The notes beneath the pieces were generated by a model that searched no databases, had not been told where the DNA came from, and saw only the letters and a list, made by a program, of their open reading frames with translations. 64,000 nt of DNA. It comes from Pseudomonadota bacterium (lineage in GTDB: Bacteria; Pseudomonadota; Alphaproteobacteria; Sphingomonadales; Sphingomonadaceae). The stretch spans positions 19,493-83,492 of the forward strand of contig JAEZIO010000025.1 of assembly GCA_023436615.1 (NCBI GenBank). The letters run 5' to 3'. The translations under genes were made by a program, and so were the position numbers. Shown here one piece after another: positions 43,955-54,071 of the stretch. Every line of letters begins with the position of its first letter. The stretch's first letter is position 1.

Positions 43955-45364
43955 ATGTCGGGACGCAAGCTCTTCCTCGGAGCGCGGTTGAAGCGGCTTC
44001 GGCGCGAGCGCGGCCTCAACCAGAATGCGATGGCTTCGGACCTCGGCATTTCGGCCTCTTATCTCAATCATCTGGAGCGCAACCAACGGCCCGTCACGGC
44101 GGGAATCCTGCTTCGACTCGCCGAGGTTTTCGACATCGACGTTAAGGCCTTCGCTGCCGAAGGCGGCGAGAGCGCCGGCCCTGAGCAGCTCGCCGAAATC
44201 TTTTCGGACCCGATCCTAGCCGGCCTCGGCGTCAGCCGAATCGAGCTAGTCGAGCTCGTCGATAATGCGCCGACGGTCGCCGAGGGGATCGTCAGGCTGT
44301 ACACCGCGCTTCGCGAGCTCCAGCGGCAGCCCGCCGATTCCGGCGGCGCCGACCCCCGTGTCCTCATCACGCCGGAGACCTGGGTCCGGGACTATATCCA
44401 GGCGCAGCGCAACCACTTCCCTGAGCTCGAGGAAGGCGCGGAAACTCTGGGTGGCGCGCTCGGCGATCCTTTGTCGATCGCGGAGGCGCTTCGCCGACGG
44501 CTCAAGGAAGCGTGGGCGGTCGACTCGCGCGTGGTCGAACCCGAGCTTCTCGAGGATGTCAGCCAGCATTACGATGCGCAGCGCCGAACCTTCATGCTTT
44601 CGGCGCTGCTGCGTCCCGAGAACCGCACCTTCGGCCTCGCCTATCAGCTGGCACTTCTCGAGTTTGCGCCGGTTATCGAGCGAATGGTCGAAAGCGCTCG
44701 CCCGCCCGACGCGGGCAGCCGCCGCCTGCTCCACATGAGCTTCGCCAATTATGCGGCCGGCGCGATCATGATGCCTTACGGCAAGTTCCTCCGCGCCGCC
44801 GAGGAGCATCGCTACGCGCTCGACCGCCTCTGCGGGCAGTTCGGCGCCAATGTCGAGCAGGTGTCGCACCGGATCACCACGCTCGGCCGCTCCGGCGCTC
44901 GCGGAGTCCCGTTCTTCATGCTGCGCGTAGACCCGGCCGGGAACATCTCGAAGCGCTATGCCGGCGAAAGCTTTCCCTTCTCGCATTTCGGTGGCACCTG
45001 CCCGCGCTGGCACCTCCACGCCGCGTTCCAGACGCCGGGCCAGACGATCAGGCAGCTGATCGAGACCCCCGACGGGCAGCGCTATTTCACCATCAGCCGG
45101 ACGATCGAGCGGCCGATCCGCCCGGATCTTCGCGACGATGCGCTGCTCGCGATCGGGCTGGGCTGCGACGTCCGCTACGCCCCGCGCATCGCCTACGCCG
45201 ACGGGCTCGACCTGGTGAACACGCCCGCCACTCCGGTCGGACCGGCATGCGCGGTTTGCCCCCGTATCGGCTGCCCCTATCGCGCCACGGCACCCGCCGG
45301 CCGGATGCTCGCCGTCCAGGAAAACCGGAAGACGATCTCGCCCTACCCATTCGTCGCTAGCTAG
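43955..45364 (+). CDS. short-chain fatty acyl-CoA regulator (RamB/PrpR/ScfR family)
   Basis: XRE HTH ISASYLNHLERNQRP; RVDPAGNISKR, GGTCPRW, C-terminal CxxCxRxxC; divergent from aceA. Confidence 0.92.
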   Translation: MSGRKLFLGARLKRLRRERGLNQNAMASDLGISASYLNHLERNQRPVTAGILLRLAEVFDIDVKAFAAEGGESAGPEQLAEIFSDPILAGLGVSRIELVELVDNAPTVAEGIVRLYTALRELQRQPADSGGADPRVLITPETWVRDYIQAQRNHFPELEEGAETLGGALGDPLSIAEALRRRLKEAWAVDSRVVEPELLEDVSQHYDAQRRTFMLSALLRPENRTFGLAYQLALLEFAPVIERMVESARPPDAGSRRLLHMSFANYAAGAIMMPYGKFLRAAEEHRYALDRLCGQFGANVEQVSHRITTLGRSGARGVPFFMLRVDPAGNISKRYAGESFPFSHFGGTCPRWHLHAAFQTPGQTIRQLIETPDGQRYFTISRTIERPIRPDLRDDALLAIGLGCDVRYAPRIAYADGLDLVNTPATPVGPACAVCPRIGCPYRATAPAGRMLAVQENRKTISPYPFVAS

Positions 45365-46271
45365 GCGGTAGCGGCTCGCGCTCGAGCATTCCGCGGTCCC
45401 AGTCAGCCAGCTCGGCCGCCGCCTCGTAGGTCTCGTCCAGGAAACGCTCGAGCGACGCTTCCGGATCTGGCGCGCATCGCACCTCGTCATAGGCGAGCGT
45501 GAACTCCTGCCATTCCTCGTTCCAGCCGCCAGTGGACAGCTCGCGCTCGCGAAAACCCTCGGGCTCCGCATAGGCATAGCTGTAGAAAAAGGGTTCCGCT
45601 GCCGTGACTCCCCCGGCCCAGAAGCCGGCGCTGGAGAGCTCCCGGTTGTAGGCCTCGCGGGTGATCCGGTCGGGCAGGCCAGGCACGCCGCCCGGATGCT
45701 CGGGCGCCTCGCGGCCGGAGAATCGCGTCACCGCAAGGTCGAAGCTTCCCCACCAGAAATGCACGGGGCTCGCCTTGCCCGTAAAACGGGCGCGGAAACG
45801 CCAGAAGACCGGGAGCATCGCCGCCAGGGAATCGCGGAACCGCTCCGCCGAATTGCGGTCGTAAAGCCGCGGGGCGGTGTCGTCGGCGAACGCCACCGCG
45901 TCGACGACCTCGTTGGGCCGTCCGTGGAAGGTCGACGGCAGGTTGTGCCGGTCGAGCATCCCCACCAGCCGCCGGTGCAATGCGGCGACGCTGCCGGCGT
46001 TCAGCGGCAACTCTTCGCGAGCGCCGTCGCTGACCCAAAGGACGATCGCGTGGCGGCAGAGGTCGAGCGTCAGAGTGAACGTCCGGCCGCCGCTTGCAGC
46101 CGTCGGCAATGTCGTGAGGCCGCGGGCGTTGGGCTGCAATGCCACGTGCCAGCCGTGGTTGGCCCAGGGAGCGTGGGCCACCCTGATCTTCCCGAGCATC
46201 TGCGCGGCGAGGTGCAGGAGCGCGAGCGTCTCGTGATCGCGCTCCATGCTGAGTTCCGGCCAGGCGCTCGT
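45357..46271 (-). CDS. DUF5996-like protein (start ambiguous: ACG at 46271 or ATG at 46247)
   Basis: [47 protein letters not shown]. Confidence 0.8.
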   Translation of the reverse strand, partial: TSAWPELSMERDHETLALLHLAAQMLGKIRVAHAPWANHGWHVALQPNARGLTTLPTAASGGRTFTLTLDLCRHAIVLWVSDGAREELPLNAGSVAALHRRLVGMLDRHNLPSTFHGRPNEVVDAVAFADDTAPRLYDRNSAERFRDSLAAMLPVFWRFRARFTGKASPVHFWWGSFDLAVTRFSGREAPEHPGGVPGLPDRITREAYNRELSSAGFWAGGVTAAEPFFYSYAYAEPEGFRERELSTGGWNEEWQEFTLAYDEVRCAPDPEASLERFLDETYEAAAELADWDRGMLEREPLPPS

Positions 46272-46332
46272 GGGATCGGCCGTAGCACACGCCTTTGCAT
46301 TTTGCGCGGCAGCAAGGATAAGGCGCCGCGCC

Positions 46333-47403
46333 ATGGCCGACAGCGACCTCCTCGACCAGATCCGTTCAGCGTCTGACCTCCAGGCGCTCGACGCACTGCG
46401 GGTCGCAGCGCTCGGCAAATCCGGAAGCATCACCGCCCGATTGAAGTCGCTCGGAAAGATGAGTCCAGATGAGCGCGCGGCCAAGGCTCCCGAGATCCAC
46501 GCGCTTCGGGAAGCGGTCACCGAGGCGATAGCGCAGCGCAGGGATGCGCTCGAACATGCGCAGCTCGAGAAGAGACTCGCGACCGAGCGGCTCGATCTGT
46601 CGCTTCCGGCGCCGCACGCCGCCCAGGGCAGCGTCCATCCGGTCAGCCAGGTGATGGACGAGCTTGCCGAGATCTTCGCCGACCTCGGCTTCGCGGTCGC
46701 CGAAGGGCCGGAGATAGAGGACCAATGGCATAACTTCACCGCTCTCAACATGCCGGAGTTCCACCCGGCGCGCGCGATGCAGGACACCTTCTATGCCCGT
46801 CGGATCGACGGCGACGCTGCGGCCGAAGCCCATGTGCTGCGCACCCACACGTCGCCGGTCCAGATCCGCACGATGACGTCGCAGCCGCCGCCGATCAGGA
46901 CGATCGCGCCCGGCCGTGTCTACCGGTCCGACAGCGACGCCACGCACACGCCGATGTTCCACCAGATCGAGGGACTGGTGATCGACCGCGCGATTACGAT
47001 GGGTCATCTGAAGTGGACGCTCGAGACATTCCTCAAGGCCTTCTTCGAGCGGGACGACGTCGTGCTTCGGATGCGCCCGTCCTATTTCCCGTTCACCGAG
47101 CCCTCGGCCGAAGTCGATGTCGGATGGTCGATCGAAAAGGGCCGCCGCGTGGTCGGCGGCAGCGAAGGGTGGATGGAAGTGCTCGGGTCCGGGATGGTTC
47201 ACCCGAGCGTGATCGCCAATTGCGGCCTCGATCCCGACGAATGGCAGGGGTTTGCGTTCGGCACCGGCGTCGACCGCCTCGCAATGCTCAAATATGGCAT
47301 GGACGACCTGCGCGCCTTTTTCGACGGCGACCTGCGCTGGCTCAAGCATTACGGTTTTCGCGCGCTCGACGTTCCCACGCTTTCGGCCGGGATCGGCGCA
47401 TGA
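46333..47403 (+). CDS. pheS: phenylalanine--tRNA ligase alpha subunit
   Basis: [36 protein letters not shown]. Confidence 0.98.
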   Translation: MADSDLLDQIRSASDLQALDALRVAALGKSGSITARLKSLGKMSPDERAAKAPEIHALREAVTEAIAQRRDALEHAQLEKRLATERLDLSLPAPHAAQGSVHPVSQVMDELAEIFADLGFAVAEGPEIEDQWHNFTALNMPEFHPARAMQDTFYARRIDGDAAAEAHVLRTHTSPVQIRTMTSQPPPIRTIAPGRVYRSDSDATHTPMFHQIEGLVIDRAITMGHLKWTLETFLKAFFERDDVVLRMRPSYFPFTEPSAEVDVGWSIEKGRRVVGGSEGWMEVLGSGMVHPSVIANCGLDPDEWQGFAFGTGVDRLAMLKYGMDDLRAFFDGDLRWLKHYGFRALDVPTLSAGIGA

Positions 47404-49751
47404 AATTCTCCCTTTCGTGGCTGAAGGAGCATCTCGACACCGACGCTACCGCCCAGGCGATCGCCGAGCGCATGACGGCGATCGGGCTGGAGGTGGAGAA
47501 CCTCGCCAACCCCGCCGAAAGCCTCGCGCCGTTCAGGGTGGCAAAGGTGCTCACGGCCGAAAAGCACCCTCAGGCCGACAAGCTTCAGGTGCTCACGGTC
47601 GACGCCGGCGAAGGCCCGGTCGAGGTGGTCTGCGGCGCGCCCAATGCGCGCGCCGGCATGCTGGGCGTGTTTGGCGCGCCGGGCACGTACGTCCCCGGAA
47701 GCGGCATCACGCTGAAGGTCGCGGCGATCCGCGGCGTCGAGAGCCGCGGCATGATGTGCTCGGTGCGCGAGCTCGAGCTCGGCGAGGAACATGACGGCAT
47801 CATCGAGCTGGCCGGCGATGCGCCGGTCGGCGCCGCTTACGCCGATTACGCGCAGCTCAACGATCCGGTTTTCGACGTCGCAATCACGCCCGATCGCGCA
47901 GATTGCATGGGCGTTCGCGGAATCGCCCGGGACCTTGCCGCCGCCGGCATCGGCACTCTGAAGCCGCTGCATGTGCCCGAAGTGCCGGGAACGTTCGCGC
48001 CGCCTATCGACATCCGCATCGACGATCCGCAGGGCTGCCCCGCTTTCTATGGCCGCGCCATCCGGGGCATCGCGAACGGCAGTTCGCCGGATTGGATGCA
48101 GCGCCGGCTGAAGAGCGCGGGGCAGCGGCCGATCTCGGCGGTGGTCGACATCACCAACTATGTGATGCTCGACCTCGGTCGGCCGGCCCACGCGTACGAC
48201 GTTGCGAAGCTCGACCGCGCGCTGGTCGCCAGGCGCGCGCGCGACGGCGAGACGATGCTCGCGCTCAACGAGAAGGAATATGCGCTCGACCCGTCCGTGA
48301 CCGTGATCGCGGACGAAAGCGCCGTGCACGACATCGGCGGCATCATGGGCGGCGAGCATTCGGGCGTGACGGCGGGCACCACGGACGTGATGCTCGAGAT
48401 CGCTTTTTTCGATCCCTCCCGGATCGCTCGGACCGGGCAGAAGCTCGGACTGACCAGCGACGCGCGCAGCCGATTCGAACGCGGCGTCGATCCTGCCTTC
48501 CTGGACGATGGACTGGCGATTCTGACCAGGCTCATCCTCGACATTTGCGGCGGCGAGCCGTCGGAGCCGCTGCTGGTCGGCCAGGCGCCTGTCGAGCGTC
48601 GTACGATCGCCTTCGATCCGGGCCGAGCCGCGACATTGGCGGCCCTCGACGTTCCCGAAGACCGGCAACGTGCCATCCTGCTGGCTTTGGGCTTCGAGTT
48701 CGAGGGCGACTCCACTGTCGTCGTGCCCACGTGGCGGCGTGACGTCGAAGTGGCGGCCGACCTCGTCGAGGAAGTCGCCCGCATCGAAGGCTACGACCGG
48801 ATCCCCTCCACGCCCCTCGAGCGTGAACCAGGCGTCGCGGCGCCGACGGCGACGCGTTCGCAATTGCTCGAACGGCGGGTTCGCCGCGCTGCGGCGGCCC
48901 GGGGGCTCAACGAAGCGGTCACCTGGAGCTTCATTTCGGAGGCGGAGGCCGCGCCGTTCCAGCCGGCGTGGCGCGTCGACAACCCCATCAGCGAGGACAT
49001 GAAGGTCATGCGGCCGTCGCTTTTGCCCGGTCTGCTGTCCGCGGCGCGGCGAAATCTCGACCGCGGCGCGACTTCCGTTCGGCTGTTCGAGATCGGACGG
49101 CGCTATCTGGCCGACGCCGAGCGGCCGACCGTTTCCTTTGTGCTCGCCGGGCAACGATCCCCGCGGGACTGGCAAGGCGGCAAGGCGCGCCCCTTCGATG
49201 CTTATGACGCGAAGGCGGAAGTGCTTGCGCTGCTCGACGCGGCCGGCGCTCCAGTTGCGAACTTGCAGGTGTTGGCGGACGCGGGGCCGACCTGGCACCC
49301 CGGCCGGTCGGCAAGGCTGGGACTGGGACCGAAGACAATTCTCGCGAGCTTCGGTGAGGTCCACCCAGGGCTGATCCGGGCGCTTGACGGGCCCGACGGG
49401 CTCATCGCGGGAGAAATCTATCTCGACACGATACCCGCATCGCGAAGCAGCGGCCGCACTCGCCCGGCCTACACGCCCCCCGCGCTGCAGGCGGTGACTC
49501 GCGACTTCGCCTTCTTCGTCCCGGGCGACCTTGCCGCCGAGACTATGGAACGAGCGATCCGCGGCTCGGACAAGACAGCGATCACCGACGTGCGGCTGTT
49601 CGACCGCTTCGAAACGCCCGAAGCGCTGTCATTGGCGTTCGAAGTTACGATGCAGCCGGACAGCAAGAGCTTCACCGACGAGGAGCTTGCGGAAATTTCG
49701 AGCCGGATCGTCGGCGCTGCGGAAAAGCTCGGGGCGCGGCTGAGAGGCTAG
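47400..49751 (+). CDS. pheT: phenylalanine--tRNA ligase beta subunit
   Basis: ATGA overlap; [35 protein letters not shown]. Confidence 0.98.
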   Translation: MKFSLSWLKEHLDTDATAQAIAERMTAIGLEVENLANPAESLAPFRVAKVLTAEKHPQADKLQVLTVDAGEGPVEVVCGAPNARAGMLGVFGAPGTYVPGSGITLKVAAIRGVESRGMMCSVRELELGEEHDGIIELAGDAPVGAAYADYAQLNDPVFDVAITPDRADCMGVRGIARDLAAAGIGTLKPLHVPEVPGTFAPPIDIRIDDPQGCPAFYGRAIRGIANGSSPDWMQRRLKSAGQRPISAVVDITNYVMLDLGRPAHAYDVAKLDRALVARRARDGETMLALNEKEYALDPSVTVIADESAVHDIGGIMGGEHSGVTAGTTDVMLEIAFFDPSRIARTGQKLGLTSDARSRFERGVDPAFLDDGLAILTRLILDICGGEPSEPLLVGQAPVERRTIAFDPGRAATLAALDVPEDRQRAILLALGFEFEGDSTVVVPTWRRDVEVAADLVEEVARIEGYDRIPSTPLEREPGVAAPTATRSQLLERRVRRAAAARGLNEAVTWSFISEAEAAPFQPAWRVDNPISEDMKVMRPSLLPGLLSAARRNLDRGATSVRLFEIGRRYLADAERPTVSFVLAGQRSPRDWQGGKARPFDAYDAKAEVLALLDAAGAPVANLQVLADAGPTWHPGRSARLGLGPKTILASFGEVHPGLIRALDGPDGLIAGEIYLDTIPASRSSGRTRPAYTPPALQAVTRDFAFFVPGDLAAETMERAIRGSDKTAITDVRLFDRFETPEALSLAFEVTMQPDSKSFTDEELAEISSRIVGAAEKLGARLRG

Positions 49752-50431
49752 GTCGCGAGCTCGTTTATCGCGGCGTGGACCCGCGCCTCGATGTCCTCGC
49801 GCTTCAACCCTGGCGGGATCGTTTCGCCGATCTTGAAGTGGACGATGCCCGAGCGCTTGAGGAGCCCGCGTCCCCACAGGCGACCGCTGTCCACGGCAAT
49901 CGGAACGACCGGCAGCCCGAGCGCCCGGTAGAGGCCGGCGAAGCCGGGCCGAAGCGACGGCGTCGCGCCATGCGGGACCCGCGTTCCTTCGGGGTAGATG
50001 AGGACGGCACGGCCTGCCGCTGCGGCCTCGCGCCCGGCCGCCATCATCCGCCGAAGGGCCTTCGACCCTGCGCTGCGATCGACGGGTATGACGCCATAGC
50101 GTCGAGTCAGCCAACCGAAGAACGGGATTTCGGAAAGCTCGCGCTTAAGGACGATGACCGGCGCGTCGGCAAGCCGCACCATCTCCAGCGTCTCGTACAT
50201 CGACTCGTGCTTGACCGCGACCAGGACGGCCCCGGCAGGGATCGTGCCCGACACCTCCGATCCGATTCCAAGCAAGATGCGCGCAAGCTCATGATGGAAG
50301 CCCGTCCAGCTCCGCACGAGCGATCGCGTGGCTCCGGGTCCGAACGCGGTCGCCACGATGCCGGCCACGACGAACGCGGCGGTCGCTGGGTAGAAGATCA
50401 GCGCGTAGGCAAGCGAGCGTATGAGCTGCAC
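49748..50431 (-). CDS. lysophospholipid acyltransferase (PlsC family)
   Basis: KHESMYET, KREL, IYPEGTR, VVPIA. Confidence 0.88.
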   Translation of the reverse strand: MQLIRSLAYALIFYPATAAFVVAGIVATAFGPGATRSLVRSWTGFHHELARILLGIGSEVSGTIPAGAVLVAVKHESMYETLEMVRLADAPVIVLKRELSEIPFFGWLTRRYGVIPVDRSAGSKALRRMMAAGREAAAAGRAVLIYPEGTRVPHGATPSLRPGFAGLYRALGLPVVPIAVDSGRLWGRGLLKRSGIVHFKIGETIPPGLKREDIEARVHAAINELAT

Positions 50432-50434
50432 CGC

Positions 50435-50965
50435 TCAGATCTCGAACAAGACCGCGATCCGCCGGAGCAGATATTTGTTGTACTCGCTGAACAGCGTCAT
50501 CAGCGGCGGCTGCGTTTTCACCGCGTCCGGGACGATTTCGTATTTGGCGCCGAGAACCCGCCTGAACTCATAGCGCGCGCGCCGCATGTGCCAGTCGCTC
50601 GTGATCAACCGAAGCGATCGGTAGCCGCGCTTGTCGAGCCAGCGCTTGGCCTCCTCGGCATTCGAGCGCGTGTCGACGGATTCGCTTCCAAGATCGACGC
50701 AGCAATTCACCAGCTTCGCCTGCCCGCCGAGCCTTCGGATCAGATCGGGCTTGGTCACCGACGGATCCGCCCCCGCGATGAGCAGCCGCTTCGCCTGCCG
50801 GCGGGCGAGCACCTCCATGCCATGTTCTATACGGCCGCTGCCGCCGGTGATGACGACTGCCGCGTCCGCTCTCGCGCCATCCGCCGGCCCGCCCAGCGTC
50901 ACCGAGAAGACGATGAAGGCGAGCAGGTAGAGCATGAGGACGACGGAGAAGAAGCGGACGATCAT
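50435..50965 (-). CDS. YdcF/ElyC (DUF218) family protein
   Basis: VITGGSGR, TRSNA, ITSDWHMRR, EYNKY. Confidence 0.88.
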   Translation of the reverse strand: MIVRFFSVVLMLYLLAFIVFSVTLGGPADGARADAAVVITGGSGRIEHGMEVLARRQAKRLLIAGADPSVTKPDLIRRLGGQAKLVNCCVDLGSESVDTRSNAEEAKRWLDKRGYRSLRLITSDWHMRRARYEFRRVLGAKYEIVPDAVKTQPPLMTLFSEYNKYLLRRIAVLFEI

Positions 50966-51840
50966 AGGCTCGACCGCAATGCCCTGAGCAGAGTCGTGCG
51001 TGCAACCGCAACGGCCAGGGCGACGGCCGCCAAGGGAATGAGCCCGAGGATAATCATGTCCCGCGGCCGCAGCGGGGCGGCCCCGGCGAAGTCGGCGGAC
51101 ACAGCGGCAATGCCGCCGCCGATGACCAGAAGCGCCGCGAGCGCTGCAAGAGCGCCGGCGACGGCGCCGGCGATCGCGTCGACCGCGATCTTTCGCTCGA
51201 ACAGGCGCGTCACCTGGACGTCCGTCGCACCAATGCCGTGCATGATCTCGACCGTCGGCCGATGGGTGTCGAGCGCGCCCCGCGAAGCCAGGACGACGGC
51301 AGCACCCGCCGCGGCCGCCATGAGCAGGACGAGCGAGACCGCCAGCCATTGCATTCCCGCGATCGATGCCAGGAGCGGCTTCAGCTCCGCGCCTTCCGCG
51401 ACCAGCCGGACTTCCGGAAGGGCCTGTCGCGCGCGCGCTTCGATCGCCGCGACATTCGTTCGCGGCTCAAGCTCGAGCGTGATCAGCGCGGGCACCGGCA
51501 GGTCGGCGCTGGACGCCGCTTCGCCCAGCCAGCGCTCGAGCGTCTGCCGCATCTCCTGCTCCGGCACCGCCGTCGCCTTCCGCACTCCGGCCGCCGACTT
51601 GGCGACCGCCAGGACTTTCGGAAGCTGCGCGACCGATGCGGCGGGGATTTCGATGACGTACCGGTTCTCAGCGCCGCTGGCGACGAGGGCGGCTGCATTC
51701 GCGAGCGCCAGCCCGGCCGCCGCGACGATGATGGTGACGAAAGTCATGATCGCCATCAGCGCAACGGTGGGGGCATGGAGCTTCTCCGCCGGGAGCAGCC
51801 GCGAATCTGCGCCGCGTGCTAATATCCGGTCGAGGTTCAT
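50962..51840 (-). CDS. ftsX: cell division permease FtsX
   Basis: Four-TM layout, EIMHGIGAT motif; follows ftsE. Confidence 0.88.
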   Translation of the reverse strand: MNLDRILARGADSRLLPAEKLHAPTVALMAIMTFVTIIVAAAGLALANAAALVASGAENRYVIEIPAASVAQLPKVLAVAKSAAGVRKATAVPEQEMRQTLERWLGEAASSADLPVPALITLELEPRTNVAAIEARARQALPEVRLVAEGAELKPLLASIAGMQWLAVSLVLLMAAAAGAAVVLASRGALDTHRPTVEIMHGIGATDVQVTRLFERKIAVDAIAGAVAGALAALAALLVIGGGIAAVSADFAGAAPLRPRDMIILGLIPLAAVALAVAVARTTLLRALRSSL

Positions 51841-52556
51841 GGCCGCGCTCCGCGCCGATCCATTCGCGGCGGGTTGCGAAGCGAGCCCGTCGGGTCGACC
51901 AGCGCGCCGCCGTCGAGCCGCATCAGCTCGGCACCGGGATTGGCGGCGATCAGTCCAAGGTCGTGCGTGGCTACGACGATCGTGGTGCCCAGCCCGTTCA
52001 GCGCGTTGAACAGGTGCAGTAGCCGCTTGGCCATCTCCGCATCGACATTGCCGGTCGGTTCGTCGGCGACGAGCAGCTCCGGCTGGCTGATCACGGCACG
52101 GGCGATCGCGACGCGCTGCTGCTCGCCGCCCGAAAGCGTCGCTGGCCGCGCCCCCGCGCGATCGCCGAGCCCGACCCAGTCGAGCATTTCGCGCACAGCG
52201 GAGTGGATTTCTCCCTCCTCCCGGCCGGCTATGCGGAGCGGGAGCGCGACATTGTCATAGGCGGATAGGTGGCGGATCAGCCGGAAGTCCTGGAACACTA
52301 CGCCGATCCGTCGGCGCAGATCGGGAAATTCCTCGCGCGGCGCGTCGCTCAGATCGCGCCCGAACAGCCGTATCCGGCCGCGGGTCGGGCGCTGCGCAAG
52401 ATAGAGCAATTTCAGAAGGGACGTCTTGCCCGCTCCGGACGCGCCGGTGAGAAAATAGAAGCGTCCCGCCGACAGCGTGAAGTCGAGGTCCCGCAGCACC
52501 TCCGCGCCCGTGCCGTAGCGCAGCCCGACGCTTTCGAATTGGACGATAGCCGTCAG
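51837..52556 (-). CDS. ftsE: cell division ATPase FtsE (probable CTG start)
   Basis: GASGAGKT, VFQDFRL, LSGGEQQR, ADEPTGN, ATHD; GGGAGGG RBS before CTG ACG GCT ATC. Confidence 0.93.
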   Translation of the reverse strand: MTAIVQFESVGLRYGTGAEVLRDLDFTLSAGRFYFLTGASGAGKTSLLKLLYLAQRPTRGRIRLFGRDLSDAPREEFPDLRRRIGVVFQDFRLIRHLSAYDNVALPLRIAGREEGEIHSAVREMLDWVGLGDRAGARPATLSGGEQQRVAIARAVISQPELLVADEPTGNVDAEMAKRLLHLFNALNGLGTTIVVATHDLGLIAANPGAELMRLDGGALVDPTGSLRNPPRMDRRGARP

Positions 52557-52657
52557 AGGTCCCTCCCGCCTTGCCGGACTTCTTGCATGAGGCCGCCGCC
52601 TTGCCAACGCCTCGGCATTCCTGTTTACCCGGGGCCGTTAGCGGGAGCGTTCAGCAC

Positions 52658-53464
52658 ATGATCCTGACTTGCCCGTCGTGCGGGACGCAATATGCGGTCA
52701 AAGACGGGGCTATCCCCGAGGGCGGCCGCAAGGTTCGCTGCGCGTCATGCGGCCACAGCTGGCATCAGGATCCTCCGGCCGACGCGCTCGGCCAAGAGTC
52801 TACGCCTGTTGCGTCCGCCGAGCCCGCCGAGCCCGCCGAGCCCGCCGAGCCCGCTTGGACCGCGGAAGAACCAGCGGACCCGATCGCTACCGACGCGCAC
52901 CTGGTCGAAGAACCAACGTCCGTGCCGCTGCCGCCACCGGGCGCCGAGACGTGGGCCGAAACCGGCGGCGGTGAGGACGACTGGAACCCGGCCGACGAAA
53001 TCCCCGACGCGGAAGAGATCGAGATCGCCGAAAGCGAGACTGGGGCGGACCGCAGGCGCAACTGGCGGATGATGCTCCTGGTCGGCCTTTTGGTCGTTGT
53101 GGCCATTGTTGCCGCTCTGTGGTTTCTTGCGCCGGACTCGCTGCGCCAGCAGGTCGGATTAGCGGCGGCGTCCGCGACGCCCCTCCAGATCGCAGCGGGC
53201 ACGCCCGAGCGGCAGAAGCTGGCGAGTGGAAACGAACTGGTCGTGGTCAGCGGCCGAGTCATCAATCCCAGCGGGACCGAACAGCCGGTGCCGCCGATCG
53301 AGGCTCAGCTTCGCGACAGCTCTGGCCGAGTGCTTTATTCGTGGACGATCGCTCCCCCAACACGGACCCTGCCGCCGGGCGGCAGCGCAACGTTCAACAG
53401 CGCTGAGATGGACGTGCCCGCAAGCGGTGCCGATTCAACGGTGACGCTCAGCCTGAAAGGCTGA
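52658..53464 (+). CDS. MJ0042-type zinc-ribbon membrane protein with C-terminal DUF3426-like domain (ZitP-like)
   Basis: CPSC...VRCASCGHSW, acidic/Pro linker, TM segment, periplasmic Ig-like domain; divergent from ftsE. Confidence 0.85.
   Translation: MILTCPSCGTQYAVKDGAIPEGGRKVRCASCGHSWHQDPPADALGQESTPVASAEPAEPAEPAEPAWTAEEPADPIATDAHLVEEPTSVPLPPPGAETWAETGGGEDDWNPADEIPDAEEIEIAESETGADRRRNWRMMLLVGLLVVVAIVAALWFLAPDSLRQQVGLAAASATPLQIAAGTPERQKLASGNELVVVSGRVINPSGTEQPVPPIEAQLRDSSGRVLYSWTIAPPTRTLPPGGSATFNSAEMDVPASGADSTVTLSLKG
52817..52852 (+). repeat. perfect 9-bp tandem repeat x4 (AEP)
   Basis: (GCCGAGCCC)4. Confidence 0.95.
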
Positions 53465-53468
53465 AGCA

Positions 53469-53690
53469 TCAGCGGAATTCGATCAGCCTGACCGTCTGCT
53501 GGCTGCCGTCCGCCGCGGAAACCCGGGTTTCGCGGACAACTGCCGTTTCCGGGACCGTACGGGCGTCGATCCTCACGCCGCGGACGATCTGCACGGTCGC
53601 GATTGCCTCCACCACTGCACCGCGCCGCGCGTCCGGCGCCGTCGGGGCGGTCGGGCCGGCTAGGGCCGCGGCAAGGAGCAGGAGCGACAT
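53469..53690 (-). CDS. small secreted hypothetical protein
   Basis: Signal-like MSLLLLAAALA; ends RLIEFR; CtrA-like site upstream. Confidence 0.6.
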   Translation of the reverse strand: MSLLLLAAALAGPTAPTAPDARRGAVVEAIATVQIVRGVRIDARTVPETAVVRETRVSAADGSQQTVRLIEFR

Positions 53691-53722
53691 GATCCAGCCG
53701 TCTAACGCCGCTGCGGCGCAAT

Positions 53723-53739
53723 GGTAAACAGGTCGTTAA
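53723..53739 (-). promoter_or_regulatory. CtrA-like box
   Basis: Minus strand TTAA-CGACCTG-TTTACC. Confidence 0.65.
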
Positions 53740-53852
53740 GACCCTGTCCCGATACGGGACGCGTGCGCCGCCATTGCGCGGCGTGAATCGCTTTGATAGA
53801 GGCGCAGCCGCTTGCCAGGCGCGACGGCTCAGGCCGTCGATTTCATGCACGT

Positions 53853-53939
53853 GCGGTCGTGGCGGAACTGGTAGACGCGCAGCGTTGAGGTCGCTGTGGC
53901 CGAAAGGCCGTGGAAGTTCGAGTCTTCTCGACCGCACCA
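53853..53939 (+). tRNA. tRNA-Leu(GAG)
   Basis: Acceptor GCGGTCG/CGACCGC, anticodon arm CAGCG-TTGAGGT-CGCTG, long variable arm, GTTCGA T-loop, encoded CCA. Confidence 0.98.
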
Positions 53940-54071
53940 GCATCCAATTGGAATCCCCCCTGCCGCCTCGATTGGTTCCCGATCCCCTCGGCGCATTACG
54001 CATGATCACGCCGCGTTTCGTGCTGCGACTGCGTCGCAACAGCATCAGAGGGCCGAAGTCGCCTTAGACGA

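Noticed and set aside
47013..47399. Extended pheT start, and similarly over-long starts for recF, kynA, the TonB receptor, the helicase and the DUF5996-like gene
   Set aside because: These are first-start artefacts of the ORF track. Homology, RBS position and stop-start coupling indicate the downstream starts reported.
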